In this document: positions 26,555 to 40,517 of the stretch, piece by piece | Numbering within the stretch: the first letter of the stretch is position 1 | How the letters are laid out: each line of letters opens with the position of its first letter | Assembly: GCA_951406725.2 (NCBI GenBank) | Contig: OX597816.1 | Coordinates: forward strand, 67,456,001 to 67,520,000 | DNA: 64,000 nt | DNA from: Octopus vulgaris | Lineage: Eukaryota | Direction: 5' to 3' | Translations under genes and position numbers: made by a program | The notes under the pieces: model-generated | Database searches by the model: none | Told to the model about the DNA's origin: nothing | The model's input: the letters and a program-made list of their open reading frames with translations, nothing else

Positions 26555-26793
26555 TTAATCAACAGAAAGTTGCAAAAGTGATTCAAGGACTGAGAGTTTT
26601 GTGCATAGCACTTATGAAACATAACACTTTATAAGTGCATAACACTTATCAAGCTTTATGGCTTTCTGCCGATTAAAAACACATGTATGTATGTATCAGG
26701 TGGTGCTATTAAGTTAGACATGGCCTGGACCAATCTTTGGTCGAAACATATCTAAGTTATTTAAGTTACGTATGTATGTATGTATGTGAGTGT

Positions 26794-26831
<38 letters not shown>

Positions 26832-26833
<2 letters not shown>

Positions 26834-27137
26834 TGATGGAATCTCCTGTCCTAGACAACGTATGAGTGTTCAGTTCTTGCTGAATGCCCTGCACAGATGA
26901 TTTGTTTATAGTGATCAAATGTATGTGCTGTACATTAGTTCACTCCCTCCCGCCATCAAATCGACATTTCCTGTATAAGTGCATAAATGGGCCCCCATGT
27001 CAGATGCCGAAACGATCGCAGAGTAACATGAAATGGAGCGTTTTTCTCAAGAACATAACACGGCGCTCAGACCGAGAATTGAACTCACGATCTCGTTATC
27101 CTATGCAACATCCTAAACACTAGACCACGCGCTTTTA
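26832..27137 (-). mobile_element. tRNA-derived SINE, head E + tail 4
   Basis: Minus-strand head gcgtggtctagtgtttagg...gagttcaattc then gttcttgagaaaaacgctccatttca, as in the other E copies. Confidence 0.6.
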
Positions 27138-27189
27138 CTCCACTCACACATATATACAGGATGAGCGGATCTTTTCTGTTTGGCTTTCA

Positions 27190-27950
27190 CATTTTCAAAT
27201 TTGGTATATTGAAGTTATTTTTCAGGCTGAATCTGATGTCGTTACTCACTTGGGTAAATGAAAATTTACTCTCGCTTGTTCCAGGAAAATATGAGAAAAT
27301 TGTTACAGACGTTTAAAGTTTAATTATTTTTACCTAATCAGCAAACAGGATTTGGAAGCTGGCAGTTAGTGTGTAATTACATTTATTAAACAAAATGAAA
27401 GCAATATATTACAACGAAAGTCGTAAGCTGCTTCGAAGTTTTAGTAAGTTTAAATGAATAAAGTCATGTGAAATGCTGGGACAGGCAATATAGAAAAGAA
27501 AAATCCTCGCCGAAAAAATACAAAGAAACAGATTACATTAAGTTTAAAAAAAAAGGCTAAACAAATTGTACGCTATACTACTGTAGATCAGTGCATGTAA
27601 ATAATAGTGGACATTCAAAAACGAAAGTTTGAAATACACTCGGATTAGAGATTGGGTTTCGGATTGGAGTATTAGGGTTAGTCAGGGTTTAAGGATAGAG
27701 TTAGAGCTTAGGGCTGGGCTTTGGGATTAGAATTAAAGTTTAGGGTTTGAGTTAGGATTTAGGGTTGAGATTTAGGGTTAGCCTTAAGGTTTAGGGTTGG
27801 CGATTAGGGTTAGTCCAACCAGTGGATGACTTGAAGTTAATCAATTAGTAACATATTTTCAGTGAACGTTTTTCTATTTTTTTCTCTGGAACAAGTAAAT
27901 GACAAAATATCTGATGTGAAAAATTGCATCAATATATCAAATTTGAAAAC
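27190..27950. repeat. Degenerate (TTAGGG)n-like tract (27640-27813) between diverged inverted repeats
   Basis: Many ttaggg/ttagag variants; 27191-27310 and 27850-27950 are imperfect reverse complements. Confidence 0.55.
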
Positions 27951-29022
27951 AACGAAAACAAAAAAAAAAAGACAAAAAGTACAAAACAAAACAAACTGAC
28001 ACATTTTTTTTTTACAGCGAACATTCAAAAATGAAAGTTCAGAATATAGTTACATAAGAATTGTAGTTTTAAGCAGATAACAGTTTGGTTCGTTACTATG
28101 GGAACAGACCTAAATGTGTCTGTGGCTTACAATGGGCTAAAATTGCTAAACATTTGCAAACTTCAAAACTAATTAACTTTTTATCCATTAATTTATGGCA
28201 AAAATGAATTTCCTTCCCATAATTAATTTCCAATTTTGAAGTCAAATTGAAGTCAATTGGAACAAAATTAAAGGAATTGAAAAATGAAAGCCAAGCAAAA
28301 GATCTAGGGTCAAAAGTCACGCGCAAAATAAGTTCAGTGCATTCCGGAATTGTCAGACACGCTTCAATTTTTCAAAAATTGAATAAAATTAATTAAATGA
28401 TACTGACTACACACGCAATTGTACCTGATGAGCAAAATGAATAATAATAATTATAACGTAAAATAATTAAAATGTCAAATGTTTTAGTGTGTGACTTTTG
28501 GCCCGCCCTGTACACACACACACACACACATCACATAAACGCACATGCAGGCAGACAGATACATATATACACAGAAATAGCGTATGAAAGGATGAAATAA
28601 AGTAAAAAAAAAAGAAAAAGAAGAAAATAAGAAATGAACGAAGTTAAAAAGAAAGCAAGAAAGAGATAACAGAAAAGGATTATATGAACAAATGAGGACA
28701 TGTGACATTTCTCACATGATATTAATTAAAACAAGATGTGAAAACCATTAAATTTATTTTTGACTAAGGGAGATAATTGTTAACCACGTTCAGAATTAAT
28801 GCTCTTTAAATGAATTATTCACATCAAATTTACTGGTAATTTTTTCCTTCTCTTATGTTTTAATTTGATTTTGATTTGTTAAGGTTGTAAAAGGAAAAGC
28901 AGTGCAAGTCGCAAGAAGGTGAGATTACTGCAGATAATGGTCATTTTGAACATCCGTAGGTCAATGACTGCAATGAGTGAGTAGTGAGTTGTTGAGAGTG
29001 ACAGTCCTTGAGAGAAAAAATA

Positions 29023-30305
29023 TTGGGTTCTCCGGAAAGTTCGTGCCGATTTTTAAAGGAAAGAAAAACGTCAATAAATGTTATTACATTTTAAATCAAC
29101 CAAATATGAACCATTTTGTTGCACAATGCGTCTCCATCTTTCCTTTAACCTGAAAATACCCTCTTCCCAGATTTGAGGTGGTTTCATAGCAAAGAATTAA
29201 TCAAGGTATATTTTTACGTCATCCAAGGAATTGAAATTTTTACCATTAAGACTATTCTGCAGAGACCTGAATTAGTGGAAATCCGAAGGAGCAATATCTG
29301 GTGAATATGGAGTGTGGGGTAACATATCCTAGCCGAGCTGCAGCAATTTTTGTCTGGTTCCCAAAGAAACGTGCGGTCTTGCATTATCATGTCAGAAAAC
29401 AACACCCTTCCTGTTGGCCAATTCTGGACGTTTCTCTTGAATTGTTGCTTTTAACTCGTCCTGTTGTGTGCAGTATTTCTTAGAATTAATCGTCTGGTTA
29501 CTTGGGAGAAGCTCACACTACAGAATTCCTTTCCAGTCCCACCAGACACAAAGCAAGACTTTTTTTTAGTGTGAAGACCCGCTTTTGAGGTGGCTAAGGG
29601 TGGCTCATGTCGCTTACTCCAGGATCGCTTTCTCTGAACATTTCGGTAGATAATCCATTTCTCATCACCTGTCACAATTTGTTAAAAAAAAAGGCGCGTT
29701 TTCATTCCGTTTATAAAGCGTATCACAGATGGAAATGCGATCCAAAAGGTTCTTCTCACTCAACTCATGTGGTACCCAAACATTGTAGCGATTTGTGTAG
29801 CCAAGCTTTACCAGCTGCTCATGAACGACGGATTTTGATAGGTTGAGACTTTCTGCCAATTCTTGGGTTGTGCAATGTGGATTATTCTCAATTAATGACT
29901 TGATTTGGTCATCATCTGTAGTGGATGGTCTGCCTGATCGCTCTTTATCAATAAGGCTACAATCTCCAGCTCGGAACCTTGCGAACCACTTCCATACAGT
30001 CCTTTCGGATAAAGAAACATCACCGTAAACTGTGCATATTACTTTGGTTGCTTGTGAGGCATTTTTCCCTTTACGGAAAAAGAAAAGCATCAAGTGTCGA
30101 AAATGAACTTTTTTATCTTTCATTTTAAAGGGTTACAGAATTAACACAGGTTATAGGAACATAAACCTTCTTCCATGAAAAGATAGCTTAAACTGTGCTC
30201 TAAATGGAGGTGTAGTCAAATCCTATTTTACGGACTCAAACATGTTCTAAAATAAGTCGAAAGGTAAGCTACCATAAATCGGCACGAACTTTCTGGACTA
30301 CCCAA
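29023..30305 (-). mobile_element. Full-length (1283 bp) mariner element with decayed transposase
   Basis: TIRs ttgggttctccggaaagttcgtgccgattt / aaatcggcacgaactttctggactacccaa with TA TSD. Transposase from 30123 has RSGRP, WVPHEL, TGDEKW, HDNARPH and YSPDIAPSDF; frameshifts and stops. Confidence 0.95.
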
Positions 30306-30816
30306 TAGCATGGAGTTAAATGCTTGATTTTAGAGGTGAAATGCAATGGGAGCAATAAGAGAGAGAGAGAGGGGGGGAGAGGGGAGAGAGGGGGAGAGAA
30401 AAAACTAAACGACAACAACAACAACAGCAGCAGCAGCAACAACAACAGCAATAACAGCAGCAGCAGCAACAACAACAATAACAACAACAACAACAACAGC
30501 AACATGATGATGATGTGCACTTGCCCAAGGCTTCTCTAAAAAGTTGAAATCTTTTGGAAATGAAAGTTTTTCAGAATCATAATTTTGTTGTTTGAAACAC
30601 AAGAATGCTAAAAAAAAAAAAACACGAAGTATAAGTAAGAAACCCTTTTGCTTACTATGATGTATGGCAATGCTTCTCAAACTGTCTGATGTGGCGTAAC
30701 GGTAGTTTTTTTCCCCCAATGTGCCAGGGACCGGTAATATTTCTTAGTAATATTAATTTATACCGGAAACAATATATATATATATATATGCATATATATA
30801 TGTATAATGAATATTA

Positions 30817-30970
30817 CTCCTTTACTCTTTTACTGCGGCCATGCTGGAGCACCGCCTTTAGTCGAGCAAATGGATCCCAGGACTTACTCTTTGTAAGCCT
30901 AGTACTTATTCTATCGGTGTCTTTTGTTCGCTAAGTTCGGTTGGGGGGACAAACACACGAACACACACAT

Positions 30971-31043
<73 letters not shown>

Positions 31044-31220
31044 TATACATATATACGACGGGCTTCTTTCAGTTTCCGTCTACCAAATCCACTCACAAGG
31101 CTTTGGTCAGCCCGAGGCTATAGTAGAAGACACTTGCCCAAGGTGCCACGCAGTGGGATTGAACCCTGAACCATGTAGTTGGTAAGCAAGCTCCTTACCA
31201 CACAGCCACTCCTGCGCCTA
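30817..31220 (-). mobile_element. SINE family A
   Basis: Colinear with family A. Confidence 0.85.
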
Positions 31221-31732
31221 TAATAAAAGTTGACATTTTTTAAACAAATAATACTATATTAGATAAGCATTTTATAATGTTTCTTTCTTTTCTGGAAACT
31301 TGCCGCATACCGGCAGCTGATGGCTCGTGAACCACCACTTTGAGTAGCACCGATGTATGGGACAAAACTCTGTCGTTTACTGTTCATTCACACTTCTGCA
31401 GCGGTGAACCATAAATGGTGGAGGAACCACAAATCATTAGTCTGGTAATTTGACAGCTTATTAACTGGCCTATCAACTGTCTTAAACAAAGGCAGTCAGT
31501 AATATTGTATGGAAAATGACTGACAGCGTTCATTGAATGAGAGAAGTTACCAATAAAGAAGTAAATATAAAAAAAGTGAAAATGAGAAGGATAGCAAAGG
31601 AAGTAAGACGGAGAAAGAAAGAAAGAGATGGGGGGGGGGGAGACGGGGCAAAAGAAAATTAGAAGTAAATAGTAGAAAAGGAAGTGATAAAACGAGAGAA
31701 CAAGAGGTTAGAAAAAGTAAAGGAGTTGAGAT

Positions 31733-32215
31733 TGTTATATTTTAGGAAGGTCATTTTTTTCTTTGCCAAATAAACACACGCACTATATATCGGTTCTTCA
31801 CTTCAGATTTATTTTATTATTGTTCCTATTTTATGTCTTATGTCTGGAAAGCTTCCATCACACGTTCTGTGACCTCTTTAATGACTCTCCCTCCTATGTG
31901 TCTCCTCCTGTTCTGTTTAGTTCATTCTGTCTTTCTGTGATGTGGTGGGGTTACATTGCCTAAATCTATAAAGACAGATAAGGATACACGCTACAGAAAT
32001 ACGGAATGGATTAAACAGGACAGAAGGAGACGTAAGGGATGGAGGTTCGCTGAAGAGGTCATAGGAGGTGTGACGAAAGATTTCCAGACACAGGACATAA
32101 AATAAGAACAATAATAAAATATATCTGAACTGAAGAACGAATATATAGTGCGTGTGTTTATTTGGCAATGAAAAAAAAAAGAAATGTCCATCCCGAAAAA
32201 TAATAATATCCATTT
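31733..32215. mobile_element. Head-to-head pair of diverged PLE-LTR-like family H copies; hammerhead-like motif in the plus copy
   Basis: 31733-31945 and 31965-32215 are diverged reverse complements. CTGAAGA g gtcata ggagg tgtgac GAAA gatttc at 32050-32084. Confidence 0.7.
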
Positions 32216-32600
32216 CAACGTACGATTTCATATAAGAAATCTTGCAAAACAAATATATAAACGTAAATTATTGTAAAAAAGAAACCTGTATTGTAAGGTA
32301 GACAACTCTCACAGTTAAGGGCAATAACTACTACTATTTACTTATATTTCGTTTTTGGATTTAGTTTGCAAGATCCTTCATGTGAGTTCGTGTGTTGAAG
32401 CATATTCTGTTGTGTCTGGGGAGAGTCATTTTCTTTTTGTGCCTTATAATTTAATACATTCACCGGCAAAATTTCCACTTATTTCTTACTTTTATTTTCC
32501 TAAAATTTTTGTTGCGTCTTGCGACCTTTTCAGTAGTCTTGACTCTGTCCGTTGTTTACACTGTGTTCCTTTTTGTTTGTTTGTGCGAATGTGTGTGGGT

Positions 32601-32646
<46 letters not shown>

Positions 32647-32673
32647 CTATGTATGCATGCATGTATGTATGTA

Positions 32674-32720
<47 letters not shown>

Positions 32721-33500
32721 ATGATGTATGTATGTATGCATGTGTGTATGTATACATGTGTGTGTATGCATATGTATATATATATGTGTGTTCAATTATA
32801 AGGCACAAAAAGAAAATGACTCTTCCCAGACACAACAGAATACTACTATTTATTTCTCTAGTTTTTATTATGTAAACCTCAGTGTGTTCAAGAACGAAAA
32901 AGTCCTGGTTTATTGTTAAGTATCAAAGTAAATCGATAAAAAAAAAAGGATAACTATAAAATAAATTGATTATATAATTTAACTGAACCCTGACATCAGT
33001 AAAGCGTTTGATCTATTCTAATCTTACAACCTCTCACTAGATTACTACTCATGTATAGACTCCATCCATCATCTATTTATTCAAGATTTTTAAATGACCG
33101 TGTGACTACAAGATCACTCTGATGAACAGTCTGTCAGTTCTTGTGTGCTTTACAGAATAACTTCATGTTTCGTTAGCAACGATGTTGCTTATTTTCACAT
33201 ACTTTCGCACACAAGTTTCCTTCACACGTAATGTTGATTTGTATCAAGTACAATGACACACACATTCCATCTATTCAATTAAGTATCTGAGTGGCGTTGA
33301 TCCTTCTTTATAACTTTCCGAGCTAATTATACCCGAAGTCACGGCTCCCAACAGTAGTACCAATGCTGCTGTGGTAGTTTACACCGTCATCAAGATTTAA
33401 TGCTCCAATAGTACAAGTAAAACAAGTAAAAGAGTAACTGAAACAAGTAAAAGAGTAAAGGAGTATGCATTTTTTTTTATATATAAAAATTGTAAAGCGA

Positions 33501-33910
33501 AGGAGTGGCTGTGTGGTAAGTAGCTTGTTTACCAACCACATGGCTCCGGGTTCAGTCCCACTGCGTGACACCTTGGGCAAGCAAGTGTCTTCTACTATAG
33601 CCTCGGGCCGAACAAAGCCTTGTGAGTGGATTTGGTAGACGGAAAATGAAAGAAGCCCGTCGTATATATGTATATATATATGTGTGTGCCTGTATGTTTG
33701 TATGTCTGTGTTTGACCCCCTAGCGTTGCTTGACAACCGATGCTGGTGTGTTTATGTCCCCGTCACTTAGCGGTTCAACAAAAGAGACCGATAGAATAAG
33801 TACTGGGCTTACAAAGAATAAGTCCCGGGGTCGAGTTGCTCGATTAAAGGCGGTGCTCCAGCATGGCCGCAGTCAAGTGACTGAAACAAGTAAAAGAGAG
33901 TAAAAGAGAG
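33501..33910 (+). mobile_element. SINE family A
   Basis: Colinear with family A. Confidence 0.85.
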
Positions 33911-34321
33911 TTATTCTCCATCACACCCTGTTCTTCCTCCTCTGTCGCTATGATGCTTGTTGCTCACTGTATTTGTGTATGTGTTGTGGTCCTTTACACA
34001 TTGTCTGCTATCCAGTCTAGTTTGTACACTCTTCAAGGACGTCTTATGTCAGTTGTCTCTGTATCTCTGTCTTTCTCTCATCACCTGTCATGTATTTGAT
34101 GTAAAGCTTAGAGTAACCAACCAACCAACCAACCAACCAACCAACCAACCAACCAACCAACCAACCAACCAACTAACCAACCAACCAACCAACCAACCAA
34201 CCAACCAATCTCTGTATCGGTTATTATTCAATAGAAATATACCGAGTTACATAAAACAATACTATATTGCAAGTGGTAGTTATAGTAGCGCGTGTGTGTG
34301 CGTGTGTGTGATCGAGAGAGA

Positions 34322-34390
<69 letters not shown>

Positions 34391-34533
34391 TGTGTGAGAG
34401 AGAGAGAGAGAGTGTGTGTGTGTGTGTGAACGAGTGAAAGAGAGAATGTGTGTGTATGCGTGTATGCGCGTGCGTGTGCGAGAGAGAGATATAAGGAGAA
34501 ATAGGTAGACAGATAAAGAGAGAAATTTAGTAT

Positions 34534-34566
<33 letters not shown>

Positions 34567-34569
<3 letters not shown>

Positions 34570-35067
34570 TGATTGTCTACTCTTTATGCAGAGCCTGACC
34601 ACCTCTTGTACTTACACCTTAGGTCCATCATGGCGTCCGATGTGGCTTTTTAAACCAGACAAATTATTGCAAAGACACCCACATAGATTGCATATCTGAT
34701 CTGGACCACCAAGAGCTGCAGTTAAGTTCTGATCTTTGTGGATCTTAAAATGTCTTTTGACGCCTCCGTTAGATTTGCAAACCTTCTGGCATACATTGCA
34801 TTGAATGGTGTGTATAGATATATAGGCAGAATAGTCGGTGGAGGTTCGTTTTTCATGGGCTCGCAAATGAGATCTGAGCGCAGCAAAAGAAAGGCATAGT
34901 CTGTCACAAACTGTGCACACAAAAAAGTCACTGAGATTCACCTTCATGATCGCAACACTCTTCTCTAAATCTCTCTTGAGTCTTGCATACGTCATCCTGG
35001 CCTCCTCAAAAGCTTTCACTCTACCCCACACTTTGTTCACTATCCAGCTCGATCTTAATGTGACCGC
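34567..35067 (-). pseudogene. 3' fragment of a LINE (probably RTE-related) ORF2 with three C2H2-type fingers
   Basis: ORF 34612-35040: CTVCDRLCLSFAALRSHLRAH, CNVCQKVCKSNGGVKRHFKIH, CNLCGCLCNNLSGLKSHIGRH; short 3' UTR ending in (TG)n; 5' truncated. Confidence 0.65.
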
Positions 35068-35249
35068 GTGTGTACCGTTGGCGATTTTTTCCCTCCGTAT
35101 TCCCTTCCTTGGATCTTTCCTTTTCCTATGTTTCTGACGAAGAGCTCCGCTCGAAACGTTAAATCCTCCTTCTTTCTTTCCTTTCCTGAGCGTCCAATAA
35201 CACTATACTTGTTCCAGGTCCTCGTGTTGTTGTGTTTTCACGTTTGGAT

Positions 35250-35252
<3 letters not shown>
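35068..35252 (+). mobile_element. PLE-LTR-like element with minimal hammerhead motif
   Basis: ttt CTGACGA a gagc tcc gctc GAAA cg TT aaa at 35131-35163; ends in (TA)n. Confidence 0.75.
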
Positions 35253-35300
<48 letters not shown>

Positions 35301-36896
35301 GAAAGAGATAAATGTAATCAGTGTTGCACTTATATAAATGTACTCTCAGAAATGCATTCACTTTCTCTTGTGTTATTTGTTGTAGTATCTATATTTAAAG
35401 AAAAAATTTTCTAAGACAAAGTACTTGAATTTAATGTGCGTTTGCAAGGGAAGTAATTAATGTATTTATCACCAGAGTTAATGTTCTTTAGTTCATATTC
35501 TAAATTAACAAGTTACTGATGATTATTTCCCCCATATTTTCCATATTTGATATTTAGTTGAAATACGTAGAAGTCTGCAGGTCAATAAGAAGCTGATAGA
35601 AATAGTAGCCAAATCTACATTATATTACGCACAACTGCTTGAAAAGAGCGGATGTGACCTTTCGAGAGTGTGCCTCTACGTGGTCGCTCGAACTGTTAGA
35701 AATAGTGTTAGAAATAGTGGTGAAATAGTGTTTTTGAAAAGAATCGCAGTCATATATATTTACAGCACACAAGAAAACGATAGGGCGATGGTTACGGTTA
35801 GAATATTTTTCATCTGAGGTCTGTTCGATCGGGTTTGAACTGAAGAACAACAAATTTGTCGCTGTCGTTTATCTTCTGATCATCCTTGATTGAGCAAACG
35901 TATAATGAGAGGCATTCCAGCCATGGCTGTCTCAAAGGTTTGGTTTTGTGGCAAAGTTTGTTTTGTAATCACGTGATTTCGAGTTCACTCTCACATGGAC
36001 AACCAACATTTTTTTGAGTGGATTTGGTAGACAGAAACTGTGCGGAAGCCTGTCGTTTGCGCGCGCATATGTATTTGTATATGGAGTTTGCATTTGTTTC
36101 TCACTGCTTCACAACCAGTGTCGGTTTGTTTACGTTCCTCTAAGCGATTTGGCAAAACAGAACAGGCAGAATAAAAACCAGACTTTAAAAAAACGTATTG
36201 GTGTCGATTTCTTTGACTAAACCGTTTGAGATTTTGCGCAGCATGACTGCAGTCCAATGAGTAAAACCCCCAAAAAATCTGACTAAAAGAGTACCAAATA
36301 CTATATCATTCATATTTTTTTAAAGCGCGTTGGGTGTAATTTCAGAGAAGGTGGCTGCTGTTGTAACAACGCCAAGTAGAGCTTTCCACGTTGCTCGCTT
36401 GCCTCGTTGCTTGCTCGTCTGATGATCCATTATTATAGAGGTTCTCAAACAGAAATAACAACCGCTCCTCATCAATATAATAATGAATATTTTTGACTCC
36501 TCTTTGTGAATTTGAAGACAAAATAGAATTTGTATCCATATAATTCTTTCTTTTCTATGGTGTCGGGAAAGTTTAAAAAGTTAAAAACCATCTTAAATAT
36601 ATTTAACAGGACAAGTTGCCCGCCCCCTTCCAATCATTACAGACCCCACTACAATGAGAAATATTACACCATTACACGCTCAGATCATTTGTTCTGCCCG
36701 TCTTACTCAAAATATCGGAAGATATCTTACAGACAATATCATATAGTAACTTACAGGAGCGCCCATCTGTTTAGATGTAAAAGAAAGAATAATCTAATAA
36801 TAATGAAATTATTGTATACAGTGCTCAGGTGCACCACAACAGGAAAAGTCGGTTTCGCGAAATTTGAACTCAAAACATAAAGACAGACGAAATACC

Positions 36897-37128
36897 TATT
36901 TCTTTATTACCCACAAGAGGCTAAACACAGAGGGGACAAACAAGGACAGACACAGGTATTAAGTCGATTACATCGACCCCAGTGCGTAACTGGTACTTAA
37001 TTTATCGACCCCGAAAGGATGAAAGGCAAAGTCGACCTCGGCGGAATTTGAACTCACAACGTAACGCAGACGAAATACCGCCAAGCGTTTCGCCCGGCGC
37101 GTTAACGTTTCTGCCAACTCTCCGTCTT
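36897..37128 (-). mobile_element. SINE family B inserted into an older B fragment
   Basis: Young B copy; agacgaaatac is repeated at the junction. Confidence 0.8.
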
Positions 37129-37699
37129 ATTCTTTATTAAAAGAAAGAATAATTTTACAGAATAATGTTACAGAGGTAATTTTTCAAAGAAATCAACTCT
37201 GATTCTTAACTTAGTTTCGATGCTCAGTTGGAATTACTACACAAAGTTTGTTGCCGTTTTAGTTCAGTCCCAAGTTGGCCCAGATTGAGCCAATGGGATT
37301 TCAGTTATCACATGTTTTTCTTTCTCTAGGCATGGTGTACCCATAACTAGATTATATCTAGGGTTGCCTTTAGTTTGCTTTTCTAGAGTGTAGAGTATGG
37401 TTTGAAAGAGATTTAGCTGTTATTCTTGTAAGTCAAACGACCATGTAAAGATCAAGTGATCATGCAAGTACATGTTGAGTCTTATAGGATTCCACACAAT
37501 TTTCGTTAACTCAATTACACTCACAGAGGTTCGATGGATCCAAGGCTATGATAGATGATACTGGCTCAAGGTGCCTTTGAGTGCATTCAAACCCGAAAAT
37601 ACGTAACTGCCATGCCTGCACCCAAAAAGGTAATTCATCGAAAATTTGTTACTGCTTATGTTAGTAAACGTTTATGGACAAACAAGCTCTTATAGTCTC

Positions 37700-37978
37700 T
37701 CAATGGAATAGTCTGCTAGTGAAATTAACGTGCAAGTGGCAAAGCACTACACAGACAGGCGTATCCTTAACGTAGTTCTCAGGGAGATTCAGTGTGACAC
37801 AAAGTGTAACAAGGCCGGCCCTTTGAAATACAGATACTACATATTTTTACAAGCTAAGTGAACTAGAGCAACTTGAAATAAAGTACCTTACTCAAGGACA
37901 CAACGCGTCGCCGGGAATTGAACTCACGACCTTACGATCATGAGCCGAAAACCCTAACCACTAGGCCATGGGCCTTCA

Positions 37979-37979
<1 letters not shown>
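37700..37979 (-). mobile_element. tRNA-derived SINE, head E + tail 2
   Basis: Head gtgaaggcccatggcctagtggttagg...gagttcaattcccgg; tail tttcaaagggccggccttgttacac...gaatctccctgagaactacgttaagg matches 14030-14130. Confidence 0.75.
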
Positions 37980-38024
<45 letters not shown>

Positions 38025-38030
38025 GCACAT

Positions 38031-39043
38031 GACAGAAGTAACTAAACACCATGATAATTAAAATTTATCTAAATATGAAATTATACATTCAAATTATTTA
38101 TTAATAGTTATAAAGTGAATATTTAATATTTAGTAGACATGCCCTTTGCCTATTTCAATGCAAGGACCCTATTAGGCATGTTACTGATCAGATGCCAAGT
38201 TTCATGCAGTAATCTCAAAATATTTGGCTTTGAAGATGCTTTCTTGTTCTTTTTATGAAGTATCCTGTCCATTATGTCCCAAAGGTATTCAATAAGGTTC
38301 ATATCTGATGACTGGCTTGGCCATGGAAGCTTTTTAATGCCATTCTCATCCAACAAATTGCTCCCCAGATCATCACGGAATAGCTGCCATGTTTCATTGT
38401 TGGCTGCAATCTTCTCACATCAAATTCTTGATCACAGAGTCTCCAGACCCACACTCGACCACTATCAGGAAATACAGCAAATCTGGACTCATCAGAGAAT
38501 ATGACAGTGTCCCAAATTACTAGTGGCCTCTCCACCATCTCACTGACCCAATCTTTTCTCCGCTTGATGTTGGCTGGTTAAAGAAGTGGCTTACTTTTTG
38601 CTGCTCAGCCATATGTAATCAAGTTTGTGGAGATACCTGACAGCTGTTCTGGGATTGGCGTCAACTTTTTCTGCGATGTCAGAGGCCTTGCAACGAGGAT
38701 TATCCTCCACACTTCTCTTAGTAAAGAGAAGGGTCCTGGTTGATCTGGGTGATGTGGACCCCTTCCATTCACTGGGGAATTGCACAATCACTCTGTTAAC
38801 TGTCCAACGCGGGATCCCAAGGCTTTCTGCGATTTTACGCTGACTATGTCCACCTTCAGAATGACCCACAACACGGCCTCTTTGAAATTCAGACAATTCC
38901 AAGGCTTCTTTTGTACATGGCATGATTGAACAGTTACATATAGAACCTGAAAGGTAAAAATGTCAATTAATAAAAGATAAAAACCTTTACAAGTTAGAAT
39001 AAACGTAAAGCGATGTTTTATGGGGTGTCTATTTACTTCTGTC
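38031..39043 (-). mobile_element. Tc1-family transposon relic
   Basis: TIR gacagaagtaa / ttacttctgtc; [23 protein letters not shown] and [15 protein letters not shown] in three frames. Confidence 0.9.
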
Positions 39044-39059
39044 GCGCGCGCGTAAGTGT

Positions 39060-39339
39060 GTATTATCCGAAGTGTACATAAATTATATACCCATCACGGT
39101 CGATCTTACCCACCGGTTTCGCACTAGGGGTACAATGGAGTGTTACGTAACAACCTGATTGTACAACTCTAAGCTCATCAGAGGTAGCCGATATGGAATG
39201 AAATATAGTGGCTACTCTCTATAACACAGAGCGGGAAACCGATTAGTAAGATGGATATATAATACTGTTTAATTCGGATAATATACCCATTCTATTGACA
39301 AATATACGAGGGCATCTTTTTCCTGACTTTTAGACGACT

Positions 39340-39345
<6 letters not shown>
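39060..39345. mobile_element. Diverged fold-back PLE-LTR-like element with a minus-strand hammerhead-like motif
   Basis: Minus 39107-39186: tacct CTGATGA gc..gtacaat..attgtac..gc GAAA ccgg tgggta. 39061-39122 and 39231-39283 are imperfect inverted copies. Confidence 0.6.
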
Positions 39346-39385
<40 letters not shown>

Positions 39386-39634
39386 TTAGAGAGAAACCGC
39401 TATTTAGTTATTCCATCAATAGTAAAAAAAAAGATTTTATCTATAATAACCACATAGAAATTAATTATATATATTATAATTTTTATTCTAAAAATCTCAT
39501 AACAAATCAAACATTAAACATTAAATTCTAAATTTTATATATATGACGCGGGGTGGCGTCATTCAAAGGCTAAAACAATGCGAACGCATTGTGACCAGCG
39601 ATGTGTAACAACATCTGATGGTCTGGTCGGTCAT

Positions 39635-39701
<67 letters not shown>

Positions 39702-39724
39702 AATGGATAAATGTTTCGTTCTCG

Positions 39725-39939
39725 ATCCAAGCCAGGCTCATGAGCGTTGGTTTCTTGGTTTCATGGCGTATATATTCCCCATTTGAATAGGACGCTGGTG
39801 TGTCACAGGATTACTGCTTTTTGCCAGCGGAGTGGACTGGAGCGACGTGAAATGAAGTGTTTTGCTCAAGAACACGACGCGTCGCACAATCTTACAATCA
39901 TTAGTCAAACACCGTGACCACTAAGCCACACGTCTCCAC
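39725..39939 (-). mobile_element. tRNA-derived SINE, head E + tail 3
   Basis: Tail (tacgcca.gaaacc..gaaacc..gagcctggct.gg) matches 62648-62692; head E body gttcttgagcaaaacacttcatttcac. Confidence 0.65.
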
Positions 39940-40021
39940 TATACACACACACACACACACACACACTCACACACACACACACACATACACACACACACAT
40001 GTATGTAAGTATATATATATT

Positions 40022-40171
40022 GGCGTAGGAGTGGCTGTGAGGTAAGTAGCTTGCTTACCAACTACACGGTTCCGGGTTCAGTCCCACTGCATAGTACCTC
40101 GGGCAGGTGTCTTCTACTACAGCCTCGAGCCGACCAAAGCCTTGTAGACGGAAACTGAAAGAAGCCCCGTC

Positions 40172-40257
<86 letters not shown>

Positions 40258-40457
40258 GATTGTATGCATGTGTTTGTCTCCCCATCATCGCTTGCCAACC
40301 GATGTTGGTGAGTTTACGTCCCCGTAACTTAGCGGTTTGACACAAAGACTGATAGAAGAAAGTACTAGGCTTGCAAAGAATAAGTCCTGGGGCTGATTTG
40401 CTCGACTAAAGGCGGTTGTCCAGCATGGCCGCAGTCAAATGACTGAAACAAATAAAA

Positions 40458-40460
<3 letters not shown>
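40022..40460 (+). mobile_element. SINE family A
   Basis: Colinear with family A. Confidence 0.85.

Positions 40461-40513
<53 letters not shown>

Positions 40514-40517
<4 letters not shown>

Noticed and set aside
33118-33150. Isolated CTGATGA (also ~28425)
   Set aside because: No stem II or GAAA partner; chance occurrence.
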